From a virus (taxonomy: Duplodnaviria; Caudoviricetes): a stretch of 56,447 nucleotides of DNA. Position numbers and translations under genes: made by a program. Under the pieces are notes generated by a model. It had not been told where the DNA came from and searched no databases. It saw nothing but the letters and a program-made list of their open reading frames with translations. Where the stretch lies: the IMG/VR virus record IMGVR_UViG_3300023181_000034, positions 1 to 56,447 of that record; one strand, 5' to 3'. This document shows positions 19,978-29,708 of this stretch, one piece after another (the stretch's first letter is position 1; the number at the start of each line of letters is the position of its first letter).

Positions 19978-21066
19978 ATGGATTATAAAAAGTATATACA
20001 AGACGGAGGCCAGTTAAATGGCGTAATCCAGAGAACAATCGAAACCATCAATGGTACCGATGCGACTCCAACACAATACTACCATTTGAGAATGCTTAAA
20101 AAAGTGTTATCAATCAGTGGGAATTGGGAAAGTATCACCACTGCATATAGCCAGATAATGGCTCATGTTGTAGCGATGAACTCAGATCTTCCATTAGGTA
20201 AGATGGATAGTTTATCTATTGCAAGCGGTAAAATTCCTAAAATGGGTTTACAGTATGCATTAGACGAGCAGCAACTGACCGACATTGATTACATGATCCA
20301 GACAGGTGTTGTCGGAGCAAAGATTTCAGCTTTATTGTTAGCTCATGCTACTAAATTATTGAAAGCTGTTCCTGAAAGAAACGAAGAGATTTTCCTAAAA
20401 GGATTGTCAACTGGTTTCGCTATCGTTAATGACGATGAAAACACTGGAACTGGTATTCGTTTAGACTACGGCTACCTTTCGGCTAACAAATTCGGTGTAA
20501 CTACTCTATGGAGTAACGTAGCATCTAAACCGTTTGATGATATTCAACGTGTGCTTGATAAAGCGGCATTGGATGGTAATACCATCACAAATGTAATGTT
20601 GGATAGAACTGCATTTAACAACATGGCTAAGACTACTCAAGCTAAAGAGTTGTTTGCATTTAACCAGGGCTTTGTTGGTGCTAACATTCCAACTCCATCA
20701 TTGACTCAATTAAACGGATTCACTTCAGATCGTTACGGATTCACTTTCGAAATTATCACTAAGTCATTCCGTTATGAGAAAAATGGACAACAAACAGTTG
20801 TGACTCCATGGGCTTCAGGTGCAGTTGTATTCTTAACTCAAGAGGAAGTTGGAACATTGACTTACGCTCCATTGGCTGAGTCTAATCCGGCTCATCAAGT
20901 GGCGGGTGTTACTTACAATTTAGTTGACGACTATATGTTGTTCTCTAAATGGGGCCAGAACAAGCCATATCTAGCTGAATTCTCATCTATCCAATCAAGA
21001 GTAGCACCAATCATCAACAACGGTGATCAAATCTACTTATTGGATTCAACAACAGTTCAAGCGTAA
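19978..21066 (+). CDS. Major capsid protein (lambda gpE-like)
   Basis: 362 aa; GKIPKMG, LSTG, DYG...NK..V...W, PFDDI features; position. Confidence 0.85.
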   Translation: MDYKKYIQDGGQLNGVIQRTIETINGTDATPTQYYHLRMLKKVLSISGNWESITTAYSQIMAHVVAMNSDLPLGKMDSLSIASGKIPKMGLQYALDEQQLTDIDYMIQTGVVGAKISALLLAHATKLLKAVPERNEEIFLKGLSTGFAIVNDDENTGTGIRLDYGYLSANKFGVTTLWSNVASKPFDDIQRVLDKAALDGNTITNVMLDRTAFNNMAKTTQAKELFAFNQGFVGANIPTPSLTQLNGFTSDRYGFTFEIITKSFRYEKNGQQTVVTPWASGAVVFLTQEEVGTLTYAPLAESNPAHQVAGVTYNLVDDYMLFSKWGQNKPYLAEFSSIQSRVAPIINNGDQIYLLDSTTVQA

Positions 21067-21395
21067 TGGAAAATTTCAATAAAAATTCACTAAAAGCAGC
21101 CGTTGCAAAATACGGCTCGCTTGTTTCAGACGGGAAGTCTGAGGTGGAGATTAAAGAATTATTAACGGCTGATGAGAAAGGTTATTATGCAGAACAGGTT
21201 GATTTGATCTATGATGCAATGATAGCCTCCCCAGAAGATAAGGATAAAGTGGTTTACAAAGTAGTCGAAGGTTTTTCGTTCCGTGATAAGGATGATTTTA
21301 CTAAAGAATATAATGCTGAATCGGATCTGAGTCATTTGGAACAAGATCGTATTGATCACCTTATCAGTATTGGATACGTACATATCGCAGACTAG
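21066..21395 (+). CDS. Hypothetical virion/head-associated protein
   Basis: FRDK...Y...RIDHLISIG motif directly after MCP. Confidence 0.6.
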   Translation: MENFNKNSLKAAVAKYGSLVSDGKSEVEIKELLTADEKGYYAEQVDLIYDAMIASPEDKDKVVYKVVEGFSFRDKDDFTKEYNAESDLSHLEQDRIDHLISIGYVHIAD

Positions 21396-21397
21396 CC

Positions 21398-21715
21398 ATG
21401 ACCATAAAAGAAGCCCTTACCACCAAAGTTGCACCTCTATCCATTAGTGATGCAGCACTTGACTTAGCTTTACTTGAAGCTGGACTGGACGGTTCGTCCG
21501 ACTATAGCCCGAGCACGGATGGTAAAGCAGTTGATATGGTATGGGCGGGGCTTCTTTTAACTACTATTCAGGTAGTGGAAGTAAAAGAGGATGATGTGTC
21601 GATAAAATACGCAACGAATTTACGAGGCATATACAGCATGCTCATGCTACGTTGGGGCTTACCTGATCCGTTTGCTATTGCTAAACCGACTGTAACACAA
21701 AAACTGTTTTGGTAG
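21398..21715 (+). CDS. Head-tail adaptor
   Basis: Size, position, E.DVSI motif. Confidence 0.65.
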   Translation: MTIKEALTTKVAPLSISDAALDLALLEAGLDGSSDYSPSTDGKAVDMVWAGLLLTTIQVVEVKEDDVSIKYATNLRGIYSMLMLRWGLPDPFAIAKPTVTQKLFW

Positions 21716-21717
21716 CC

Positions 21718-22041
21718 ATGGTACGCAAACACACCCTAACATTTACTTTACCCGGTACGGGTGGTGGTGAAGATCCCGTAACAGGGTTGCCACTTCCAGA
21801 AGTTCCAGGCGAGTCCGTACAAGTTTCTTGCAGATTCCACCAAAACAGCACTAAGGTGTTGAAAAATGAGGACAGCACAGAATCATTGCAAGTAGGACGT
21901 ATTAGGGTGGCTATTGGATCAGTAATGCCGAAGATGTGGCAGACGGTAGTTGTGAGTGAGGGAGATATAGTGCATTTCAGCGGACCAGTTAGGTACGTAG
22001 ACAGAACAGGAACATTGCTAAGTTGGAGGATTGACGTATGA
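21718..22041 (+). CDS. Head closure protein
   Basis: DPVTG.P; position. Confidence 0.6.
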   Translation: MVRKHTLTFTLPGTGGGEDPVTGLPLPEVPGESVQVSCRFHQNSTKVLKNEDSTESLQVGRIRVAIGSVMPKMWQTVVVSEGDIVHFSGPVRYVDRTGTLLSWRIDV

Positions 22042-22484
22042 TAACGATAACTGCAGACTTTGATATAGCGCAAATCGAGGCTTACATCAACGGTGAAGAA
22101 GAAGCTTGGTATGATGAGATTGTTGATTCGCTAAGAAAGCTTGGTGAACGCCTTGTTGATAAAGCACGTAGACAGACTAAGCAGGATGGAGGATTCGGTA
22201 ACATTACATGGAACCTACGCTCGTCAATCGGGATGTGTATAGTTGATGAAACCGGACTAATCAGAGAAACCTACTTCCCGCCAATAGGTAAAGGCGAACA
22301 TGGGAATAAAATAGGTAGAGAAATGTCAGAGGCAATAGCATTGTATGGACGGGAAGCGCAAGAGATATGTATGGTTTTCGTAGCTGCTGAGCAGTATGCA
22401 ACTTTCGTACAGGCCAAAGGTAAGGATGTAATTAAACACGTGATTGGGGATAGCCTGGAATCAGAATTAGCTAAAATACTATGA
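22038..22484 (+). CDS. Neck/tail completion protein (HK97 gp10-like)
   Basis: T.NLRSSIG and YA.FV..KG.DV motifs. Confidence 0.75.
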   Translation: MITITADFDIAQIEAYINGEEEAWYDEIVDSLRKLGERLVDKARRQTKQDGGFGNITWNLRSSIGMCIVDETGLIRETYFPPIGKGEHGNKIGREMSEAIALYGREAQEICMVFVAAEQYATFVQAKGKDVIKHVIGDSLESELAKIL

Positions 22485-22897
22485 AAGATTCATTCGATAT
22501 AACTATTGACGTTCGGGGGTTATTGAATGTGTCAGCCATTACTGCTTTACTTGGTGCTGATGGTAAAATCTTCCAAACAGAAAGGCCAACAGGTCGTACT
22601 ACTTTTACTGACATAGTTATCAACGCACTTGGGATCACTAACACCACATTGCAGAAGGGATCAGGAAACGTTAATTGTTACGTTCCAACGGTTACTTCCG
22701 GAAGCGTGAAAGTAGCAGACCAAGCTAAGATGATGTTATTATCAAGGGCAGTGATTGCGCTTATAGATGAACAATACAAGACGACCTTCCAAACGTGGAT
22801 AGAAGACAGCCAAAATATACTGCAAGATACCGATGGGAGTTACTTTGTGAACATACCATTTGAATATCAATCAGTACAAAATTATAAGAATATTTAA
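22481..22897 (+). CDS. Tail terminator protein
   Basis: Position before major tail; NVNCYVP. Confidence 0.65.
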   Translation: MKDSFDITIDVRGLLNVSAITALLGADGKIFQTERPTGRTTFTDIVINALGITNTTLQKGSGNVNCYVPTVTSGSVKVADQAKMMLLSRAVIALIDEQYKTTFQTWIEDSQNILQDTDGSYFVNIPFEYQSVQNYKNI

Positions 22898-22927
22898 CCG
22901 CCTTAGGGCATAAAAACAAAATAGATT

Positions 22928-23494
22928 ATGGCAACTTATGTAGTTGGTGGTGTCGAAAAAATTGAGGTTTGTCCAGCCTTTTTTACGGAAGCAGGCGTAA
23001 GCACAGCCGTATGGACGCAGGTAGAGTATATAGCTCCTGACACCGTAGTATACACTAGAAATAGTGACTCAGAAACAGATTTAGTACCGGAGGACAAAGA
23101 CACAGCATTCTTGACGTTTTATACTCCTGGAGAACCTGATACAATCGCATTTGGTATTCTGCAGCAGTATCCTACTATTATGGCAATGTTGTTCAATCAG
23201 GAGTATGTAGCCGCAACATCCAAAACTACGATACTTGCTAAACGTAAAATTGCAAACTTGGGGGTTCGCATAACTACGCGTAGTATGAAAGATTCGAGAA
23301 AACAAACAATTGTTCTGCCGAATGTGAACTTCACAACTACTTTCGTGAATAACCTTTCTAAAACGACCGTTCAACAATTGCTTTTAATAGGTAAGGTTGG
23401 AAGTTTCAAAACTACGACCACCCTATTGGATGCCCTAAGTATCAAAACTTTCATCACCGATGCTGGAGCAGTAATTGATTCAACTACACCATAA
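22928..23494 (+). CDS. Major tail (tube) protein
   Basis: 188 aa, Thr-rich, position. Confidence 0.7.
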   Translation: MATYVVGGVEKIEVCPAFFTEAGVSTAVWTQVEYIAPDTVVYTRNSDSETDLVPEDKDTAFLTFYTPGEPDTIAFGILQQYPTIMAMLFNQEYVAATSKTTILAKRKIANLGVRITTRSMKDSRKQTIVLPNVNFTTTFVNNLSKTTVQQLLLIGKVGSFKTTTTLLDALSIKTFITDAGAVIDSTTP

Positions 23495-23513
23495 CTGAAA
23501 GGAGGTTAGTTCT

Positions 23514-23741
23514 ATGAATAGCATTAAAGTAAAGTTTTTAGAATCGCTTCATGTTGAGCAGAACAGCACAACTTATTTGAAAGGCGCAGAGGTTGAAGTA
23601 CCTCAATACATTGTAGACAGACACGGACCGGAAGGCACAGGACTCTTAGAGTTGTTGCCTGAAGATACAATCCTACCACCTGTTGAAGTTGTAAAGGAAC
23701 CGCTTCAAGTCGATAAGCCAACGAAGAAGAAAGCAAAATAA
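23514..23741 (+). CDS. Hypothetical protein
   Basis: Small ORF before terminator. Confidence 0.55.
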   Translation: MNSIKVKFLESLHVEQNSTTYLKGAEVEVPQYIVDRHGPEGTGLLELLPEDTILPPVEVVKEPLQVDKPTKKKAK

Positions 23742-23746
23742 ACCTG

Positions 23747-23775
23747 AAGCCCTAGCAAATCGTTAGGGCTTTCTT
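23747..23775 (+). terminator. Intrinsic terminator
   Basis: AAGCCCTAGC-AAATC-GTTAGGGCTT-TCTT. Confidence 0.7.
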
Positions 23776-23799
23776 ATCAAGCCAATACGGGACTGAATT

Positions 23800-24375
23800 A
23801 TGGAAGACAAACAAGTACTCAAAAATATAGCTAATACGCTGACACAGGCACCGATTCATGAAATGGATCTAGTTGTTAGGTATGTGCCCGAGCCGCATCC
23901 TGTCATTGTTCCAGAGAGAACATTTATGGATAAGTTGTTACGTAGGCCAATACCAGAAGTACCGCCTGTACCTGAACCAGAAAGGGTGAGACATCTTGTG
24001 TTCCATGAAGCAGTTGTCGCTAATCAAATTAGGATTGCAGGTGAAGCCGCTTTGTTGCCTGACACCATATTTCAGGACAATTCATTCAACGTTGGGTTGG
24101 TCAGCGAACATATGCCCCGGATTGTCTACATGATCGCTTGTGCTTTGCAGAATGATCATAAAGAGCCTGCCGCTGAATTGATCACCTTCCTAACCAACAA
24201 CCTAACGGGATCCCAACTACGTGATGCCTTAGTGGCCTCCTTCCAATCGTTAAACATGGAGGCTTTTACCGATTCTATCATCTTAATGAAAGGGACAGTG
24301 AAGATACTGATGCCGGAAGAGATGAGTCCAACAGAAGGGAGCGAGTTGATAGCCTCCCACAACGCAACATCCTAA
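23800..24375 (+). CDS. Tail assembly chaperone (G)
   Basis: Between major tail and tape measure genes; overlapped by an open -1 frame. Confidence 0.75.
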   Translation: MEDKQVLKNIANTLTQAPIHEMDLVVRYVPEPHPVIVPERTFMDKLLRRPIPEVPPVPEPERVRHLVFHEAVVANQIRIAGEAALLPDTIFQDNSFNVGLVSEHMPRIVYMIACALQNDHKEPAAELITFLTNNLTGSQLRDALVASFQSLNMEAFTDSIILMKGTVKILMPEEMSPTEGSELIASHNATS

Positions 24376-24533
24376 GTTTATGCAAATATTCGGAGGGAGC
24401 ATTCACCCCAAATTCAATTTTATACGAAACCACCTGGAATAACTACATACTTTATTTAGCATCTATACCCAAGACGGGAGGTGGGGATAAGAAAGAGAAG
24501 ATTGAGGTTAAGGATTCTGATGATATATTCTAG
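24225..24533 (+). CDS. Tail assembly chaperone frameshift extension (GT), -1 frame
   Basis: -1 frame open from 24225 to TAG at 24531-24533, ending ...ILYETTWNNYILYLASIPK...DDIF; no in-frame ATG. Confidence 0.65.
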   Translation, partial: CLSGLLPIVKHGGFYRFYHLNERDSEDTDAGRDESNRRERVDSLPQRNILSLCKYSEGAFTPNSILYETTWNNYILYLASIPKTGGGDKKEKIEVKDSDDIF

Positions 24534-24534
24534 A

Positions 24535-24596
24535 CTTACCACCACAACGCAGTAAGCACAAAGACCCCACTACGCGCGAGGCTTAATCTACTTTTG
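24535..24596 (+). promoter_or_regulatory. Class-II (late) promoter
   Basis: CTTAC-N12-GTAAG; ACGCGCGA; TACTTTTG at +54. Confidence 0.75.
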
Positions 24597-24601
24597 TTAT
24601 T

Positions 24602-27600
24602 ATGGCGAAAGGCAAAGGCTTACAGTTTCAAACCACAGTAGATATATCTCAATCCAAAGCTAGACTTTTGGAGCTTAAACGACTGATTAGCGAGGTTGGT
24701 GGGATATCAATGTCTGGTGGAAATTCAGCAAACTTCACTGCTGCCCAAGCGGCAATGACACGAACAATGCGAGCTTCATTGTTAGAAACTGAAAGGTTAA
24801 GACAGGAAGGTGTACGTTTAAGGAATGAATATGAATCCGGACGTATTTCAGCACAACAGCTTGCAGCGCAAACACGGGCTTTAAATGAGCAACGTAGACA
24901 AGAAGCGGCAGCACTAAGAGCAGCCCGTACTGTTCAAACAGCAGCTAACGGATCCTATCAAGAAGCGCAAAATAGACTTAGGCAACTAAGTGTACAGATA
25001 CGTAGTGTTGAGGGTGGATTCAGTGGACTTGGCCGTGTTCAGCAAGCTAGGATTGCCGAATACCGTAGGCTTAATGACTCTTTAACTGAATTCGACAGAC
25101 GTATGGGTAACAACCAGCGGAACGTCGGCAACTACTCTAGTGCCATATCAGGTGTTAAAGGTCAATTGACCGGGTTAATTACAACCTACGTTTCAGCAGC
25201 AGCAGCAATTGGTTTAGTAACAAGCGCATTCAGCCAATCCCTCAAATCATCTGCAGTTCGCACTTCTTTAGAATTTACATTCGGTTCAGTTGATTTAGCT
25301 GATGCTAAGCTGGAGCAATTGCTTGACACAGCAAATCGGTTGGGGGTTAATTACAACGCTCTCACAAGTTCGTACAAGTCATTTACAGGTGCAGTAGTAG
25401 CGTCTAATTTTGATTTCCAAGAAGGTGAAAGAATATTCAATGCGGTTGCCGGGGCATCATCTAAACTGAAGTTGTCGTCCGAAGATACCGAAGGTGCGCT
25501 TCGTGCCTTGCAACAAATGATATCTAAGGGAAATGTCCAAGCGGAAGAGCTGCGCGGACAGTTAGGTGAGCGTATTCCAGGCGCATTCAGTATTGCAGCA
25601 CGAGCAATCGGAGTTACCGAAACGCAGTTGAATAAAATGCTTCAGAAAGGGGAGGTATTAGCGGCTGACTTATTACCAAAACTAGCTACTGAATTAGAAA
25701 AAACATTTGGTCTTGAAAGTACTACAGCTGTTGAGGGATTGAATGCTGAAACAGAACGTTTCTTTAACATGTTCTCAGGGGCTGTTGCTGAAAGCTCAAA
25801 TATCAATAAATTCTTTGCAAATGTTGTTGGTGGCTTCAATGAAATATTCGGCACCATATTTAAAATGGTTAACTCTGATACCTGGGGTGAATTTTGGACG
25901 AGGTTAATTGATGGAGCAGGACCAGCAGAAGCAATTAAAAATATCGGCAAATCATACGACCAAGCCAGTAAAGCGATAAAGAATTCATTAAATATTACTG
26001 CCGGAGATAGTAAGAAAGCGTTATTCGCCTTAGAGGAAGTTAGAATAGGGTATGATAAAGCAACTAAGGCATTAGAACAATATAAGGCAGGGGTAAAAGA
26101 TGGCTCATTAAAAGATGGTGGTGACGTTACTATTTCAGCGTTAGAGAATACCGTAAAAGTTGCTGAAGCAAGATTAAAGGCGTTAGAGAAATTGCAGCCT
26201 GCTAAAAAATCGGTAGTGATCGGGGAAACAGCCTCTGAGAAAGCGGCACGATTGAAGGCAGAAAGAGAAGCAGAACGCGAACTAAATGCACAACGCATTT
26301 TACAAAAGAAAATTACCGATTTGAAAAACGAGGCCAACCGAAAAACTCTGACTAAGGATGAGGAAGAAGTTCAGACGGTACGTGATAAGTTTTCAAAGAT
26401 TGCTGAAGAAATACGTTTGTTTAATGCGAATCCAAAAAACAAACTAAAAGTTGACGGTAGCGGATTGGAGCCCGCGATGAAAGCTCAAATCGTATCGATT
26501 GAATATAAACAGGATACCGACAAGCTAAAGGAAAGTTTAGAGGTTCAGAAGGGTTTATATGAACAATATGAGTCGTACCGTACTGAATTAGGTAAAAAAG
26601 CAGCAGATGATCGTTTTGGTGCTGAAATCGATACTACCAAAAAATACGGGGATGTTCTGCAGGCTGAGTATTCAAAGGTGTTAGAGCAAGGATCCAAAAC
26701 AGGATTTACAGGTGCAATGACCGAAAGAATGAAAGTCCTGGAAAAACAGATACGTGAAGAAGGAGTAGTCGAGAATAAAAGGCAGGATGATTTAATGAAG
26801 TCCATTATTTCATTTGATAATGAAGTTAAATCCCTAAACGAAAAGTATGAGCAGGACCGGATTGATGTATTAGCAAAAGGAGGTGGTAAAGATTTAGAAG
26901 TATTAACGAAAAACCATAACCTAAAACTCGCTGCCCTAGGTGATGCTCACTTAAAAGAAATCGATGCATTCAAAGAACTGTATAACGGTATAGACAGACT
27001 CAGTGACCAGAATGCGCGTAAAGTTATTGGTAATGCTGAGGATGCACTGAAAGCGCTTAAGGCTAAAGGTGTGGTCATATCCAAGGAATTGGAAGCCGAA
27101 TTGAAGCGCCTATTTGCTGACTCAAAGTTAGCCATTGCAGATAGATTACCGGAACGCCTCATTGCATTAGCTAATCAAATTAGTAATGTTGCCTCTTCAG
27201 TATCAGGAGTTGACGAAAACTTTGGTAAGGTATTAGGTACCGTAGGAAACATTGTAGGTCAGGTTGGTAATATCAAGAAAGGATTGCTAGACTTTAATAA
27301 ACCTGGAGCGACTGGACTAGAGAAATTAACAGCAGGTCTTGGTATATTTAGTTCTGGGGTAGGCATTTTCTCAGCTGGAATATCTGGCATTAAAACCATA
27401 TCTAACCTGTTTGGAGATCTTAAGGCAGGCGCAGAACAGCAAGCTTATGCGATGGAACTTCAAAACAAACAAAGTGATGCATTGAATAAATCTTTGCAAC
27501 GTCAAATTGAGTTGTTAGATGATGTTTACGGGACAAAGCGAATAGCTGAATATGAAATAGCCAGGAAGAAAGCTGAAGAAAACAGATTACAATATCTATC

Positions 27601-28501
27601 TGATCTTAGCGGAAAATATTTAAGAACAGGAGACAAACAGACCGATGAGATCATAAAAGTCCTTAACGAAGGAGGTAGCCTACCGGGTATGTCTCGTGAG
27701 TTTGTAGATAAAGTGTTAGGAAATGCTGGGGCCAAAAAAGTAGGTGATTTGTCAAAGCTTACATTGAGACAATTAAAGGATTTATCAGATAGCATTAATA
27801 TAGATGAAATAACATCTAAAACACTAGCAAATCTTATTGAATCAGTTCAAGCCGCACAAGACCTAGACAATGCGCTTGCAGCGGATCGCATAGGCGCCGG
27901 GCTCGATACCATTGTAGACGAATTCATGACGAACCTGGAAGATGGGGTCGGAGGTATTGAGGATGTGCTGACCAAAGCAATACGTCGTGGGCTACTGAAT
28001 TCACTTAAGGGTGATATTACAGATAAGTTCTTACAGGATTATTATACTATGCTTGATAAGGCTCTTACTGATGGGAACATTAGTGCTGATGAAGATGCTT
28101 TATTAAGAGAGCAGTTGAAGAAAGCTGATGAATACGGAAAAGCTAGGCTGGATTACATCAATAAAGCAGCGCCAGAGGTTGCAAGCGGTGCATCTAGCGC
28201 AACGTTGGCAGGGGCAATTCAAGCGATCACGCAAACACAGGCCGATAAATTGGTTGGTGTATTTACCGGGGTTCAGGTTGCTACGATAAAGACTAACGCT
28301 GCGATTGGGGTGAGTAACGATTGGTTGGGTCGCACGTACAGCCTACTTACCGATAACCTTAGATCAATCCAAGCCAACACCCTACGTACAGCCAATAATA
28401 CTGACAGGCTGCAAGCGATGGAGGGTTACTTGTCTACGTTGGTACGGAAAGCAGATGACAACAAGAATGCGTTGGGGGGATCGGGTAGGCCTGTGATATA
28501 A
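24602..28501 (+). CDS. Tape measure protein
   Basis: 1299 aa, helical; RNVGNY; ALQQMISKGNVQAEELRGQLGERIPGA tape-measure domain. Confidence 0.93.
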   Translation: MAKGKGLQFQTTVDISQSKARLLELKRLISEVGGISMSGGNSANFTAAQAAMTRTMRASLLETERLRQEGVRLRNEYESGRISAQQLAAQTRALNEQRRQEAAALRAARTVQTAANGSYQEAQNRLRQLSVQIRSVEGGFSGLGRVQQARIAEYRRLNDSLTEFDRRMGNNQRNVGNYSSAISGVKGQLTGLITTYVSAAAAIGLVTSAFSQSLKSSAVRTSLEFTFGSVDLADAKLEQLLDTANRLGVNYNALTSSYKSFTGAVVASNFDFQEGERIFNAVAGASSKLKLSSEDTEGALRALQQMISKGNVQAEELRGQLGERIPGAFSIAARAIGVTETQLNKMLQKGEVLAADLLPKLATELEKTFGLESTTAVEGLNAETERFFNMFSGAVAESSNINKFFANVVGGFNEIFGTIFKMVNSDTWGEFWTRLIDGAGPAEAIKNIGKSYDQASKAIKNSLNITAGDSKKALFALEEVRIGYDKATKALEQYKAGVKDGSLKDGGDVTISALENTVKVAEARLKALEKLQPAKKSVVIGETASEKAARLKAEREAERELNAQRILQKKITDLKNEANRKTLTKDEEEVQTVRDKFSKIAEEIRLFNANPKNKLKVDGSGLEPAMKAQIVSIEYKQDTDKLKESLEVQKGLYEQYESYRTELGKKAADDRFGAEIDTTKKYGDVLQAEYSKVLEQGSKTGFTGAMTERMKVLEKQIREEGVVENKRQDDLMKSIISFDNEVKSLNEKYEQDRIDVLAKGGGKDLEVLTKNHNLKLAALGDAHLKEIDAFKELYNGIDRLSDQNARKVIGNAEDALKALKAKGVVISKELEAELKRLFADSKLAIADRLPERLIALANQISNVASSVSGVDENFGKVLGTVGNIVGQVGNIKKGLLDFNKPGATGLEKLTAGLGIFSSGVGIFSAGISGIKTISNLFGDLKAGAEQQAYAMELQNKQSDALNKSLQRQIELLDDVYGTKRIAEYEIARKKAEENRLQYLSDLSGKYLRTGDKQTDEIIKVLNEGGSLPGMSREFVDKVLGNAGAKKVGDLSKLTLRQLKDLSDSINIDEITSKTLANLIESVQAAQDLDNALAADRIGAGLDTIVDEFMTNLEDGVGGIEDVLTKAIRRGLLNSLKGDITDKFLQDYYTMLDKALTDGNISADEDALLREQLKKADEYGKARLDYINKAAPEVASGASSATLAGAIQAITQTQADKLVGVFTGVQVATIKTNAAIGVSNDWLGRTYSLLTDNLRSIQANTLRTANNTDRLQAMEGYLSTLVRKADDNKNALGGSGRPVI

Positions 28502-28536
28502 CAATTTGTTATTGTTGTTATATTTAACTATATTTG
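28498..28536 (+). promoter_or_regulatory. Class-I promoter of the tail-region moron
   Basis: ATAACAATTTGTTAT ... TATATTTG. Confidence 0.8.
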
Positions 28537-28541
28537 AATAA

Positions 28542-28636
28542 GCTAAGGAGGTGAGATCAAATTAGCGGTTCAAAAACATTCATGAAAGCCTGTTAGCAGA
28601 GTAGGAATCTCACTCCGAAATGCTGACAGGTTTTTT
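28542..28636 (+). ncRNA. Kissing-loop leader element B
   Basis: GCTAA..[GTGAGAT]..TTAGC hairpin; AAAGCCTGTTAGCA...GGA-[ATCTCAC]-TCC...TGCTGACAGGTTTTTT. Confidence 0.7.
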
Positions 28637-28649
28637 AAGTAAAAGGAGT

Positions 28650-29177
28650 ATGGAAAAGCAATACAGAGATATTGAAATCACAGAAGGACTACGATTATTT
28701 AATCCTAGATACGGGGAGGGAGTAGTATCTATGGTAGCTAAAAATGCAGGAGTAATGCTAATAGATTATGGTGAAAATAATTTAGAAAGTCATACATCCA
28801 ATGCTAAAGATATTCTACTTATTGATGGGGATTTTTGGCTAAGTAAAAGTGAATACCTAAACAAAATTAACGCTTATAAGGAAGCAGGTGATAGGGTAAA
28901 AGATAAAAAATTTCGTATTGTCGAGCAATGGTTAGTCCGGGGTGGGAAAGAGTTTTACAACGATATTTACCAAGAATTATCTTACCAATTAGAAGAAGAA
29001 GTTGATTTTTTTTCTTTTTCGAAACTAAGAAAGTCTAAAAAATGGAAGGCAGTCGATCAGGAAAAAATAAAGTACTTTATCCCGCCTGTTTGGTATTCAT
29101 TTGGTATTAGGGAAATAAAAGAGGTAGATATGAATGATAAAATCATTTTTTATTCAACTCGAAAAAAACCATTTTAA
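28650..29177 (+). CDS. Moron-encoded hypothetical protein
   Basis: AT-rich ORF; likely start MEKQY; own promoter and downstream terminator. Confidence 0.65.
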   Translation: MEKQYRDIEITEGLRLFNPRYGEGVVSMVAKNAGVMLIDYGENNLESHTSNAKDILLIDGDFWLSKSEYLNKINAYKEAGDRVKDKKFRIVEQWLVRGGKEFYNDIYQELSYQLEEEVDFFSFSKLRKSKKWKAVDQEKIKYFIPPVWYSFGIREIKEVDMNDKIIFYSTRKKPF

Positions 29178-29454
29178 TCATGCTACAACCAGAATATTTT
29201 CTCTGTATCTTATTAGTATTAGGGTTCATAAAATTTTTGAGGGTATTAAATAGACATGATAAGGAATTTCAATAAAGTAATCAATAAATAATCTATGCGA
29301 AGTAAATATCATATCGACCTATTTTATGTAATAATGGCCGTAGGAATAAGTTTGAGAGTTTTATTGATGTGCTTATACGGATTAGATTGGGATAGCTTTA
29401 CTATAATCACGCTATGCATATTCTTAATGGTGGCAAAATCAAAAAATAATAAAT

Positions 29455-29586
29455 ATGGATAATCTTAAATTAGCGTATAAGCAGTGGTGCAAGGAAACCA
29501 AGCGCAACGGAGGCGTGCTAGTTGGTGGTTCAATTAACGAGTTCTTTGATTGGCTATATAAACAAGGCTACAACCTAATTAAATAA
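29455..29586 (+). CDS. Small hypothetical protein (43 aa)
   Basis: MDNLKLAYKQWCKETKRNGGVLVGGSINEFFDWLYKQGYNLIK*, ends just before the terminator. Confidence 0.5.
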   Translation: MDNLKLAYKQWCKETKRNGGVLVGGSINEFFDWLYKQGYNLIK

Positions 29587-29607
29587 TCCATACCCAAATA
29601 TACCTAT

Positions 29608-29637
29608 AGCCTTACCCTAATCCGGTAGGGCTTTTTT
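29608..29637 (+). terminator. Intrinsic terminator ending the moron
   Basis: AGCCTTACC-CTAATCC-GGTAGGGCT-TTTTT. Confidence 0.8.
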
Positions 29638-29641
29638 GTGC

Positions 29642-29703
29642 CTTACCAACCCCCTCACGTAAACCATCACGTTAGTCTACGCGCGACAGTCACGGTACTT
29701 TTA
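29642..29703 (+). promoter_or_regulatory. Class-II (late) promoter
   Basis: CTTAC-N12-GTAAA; ACGCGCGA; TACTTTTA at +54. Confidence 0.75.
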
Positions 29704-29708
29704 CATAC

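Noticed and set aside
25642-26337. 231-aa minus-strand ORF
   Set aside because: Antisense shadow of the tape measure gene; no motifs or expression signals
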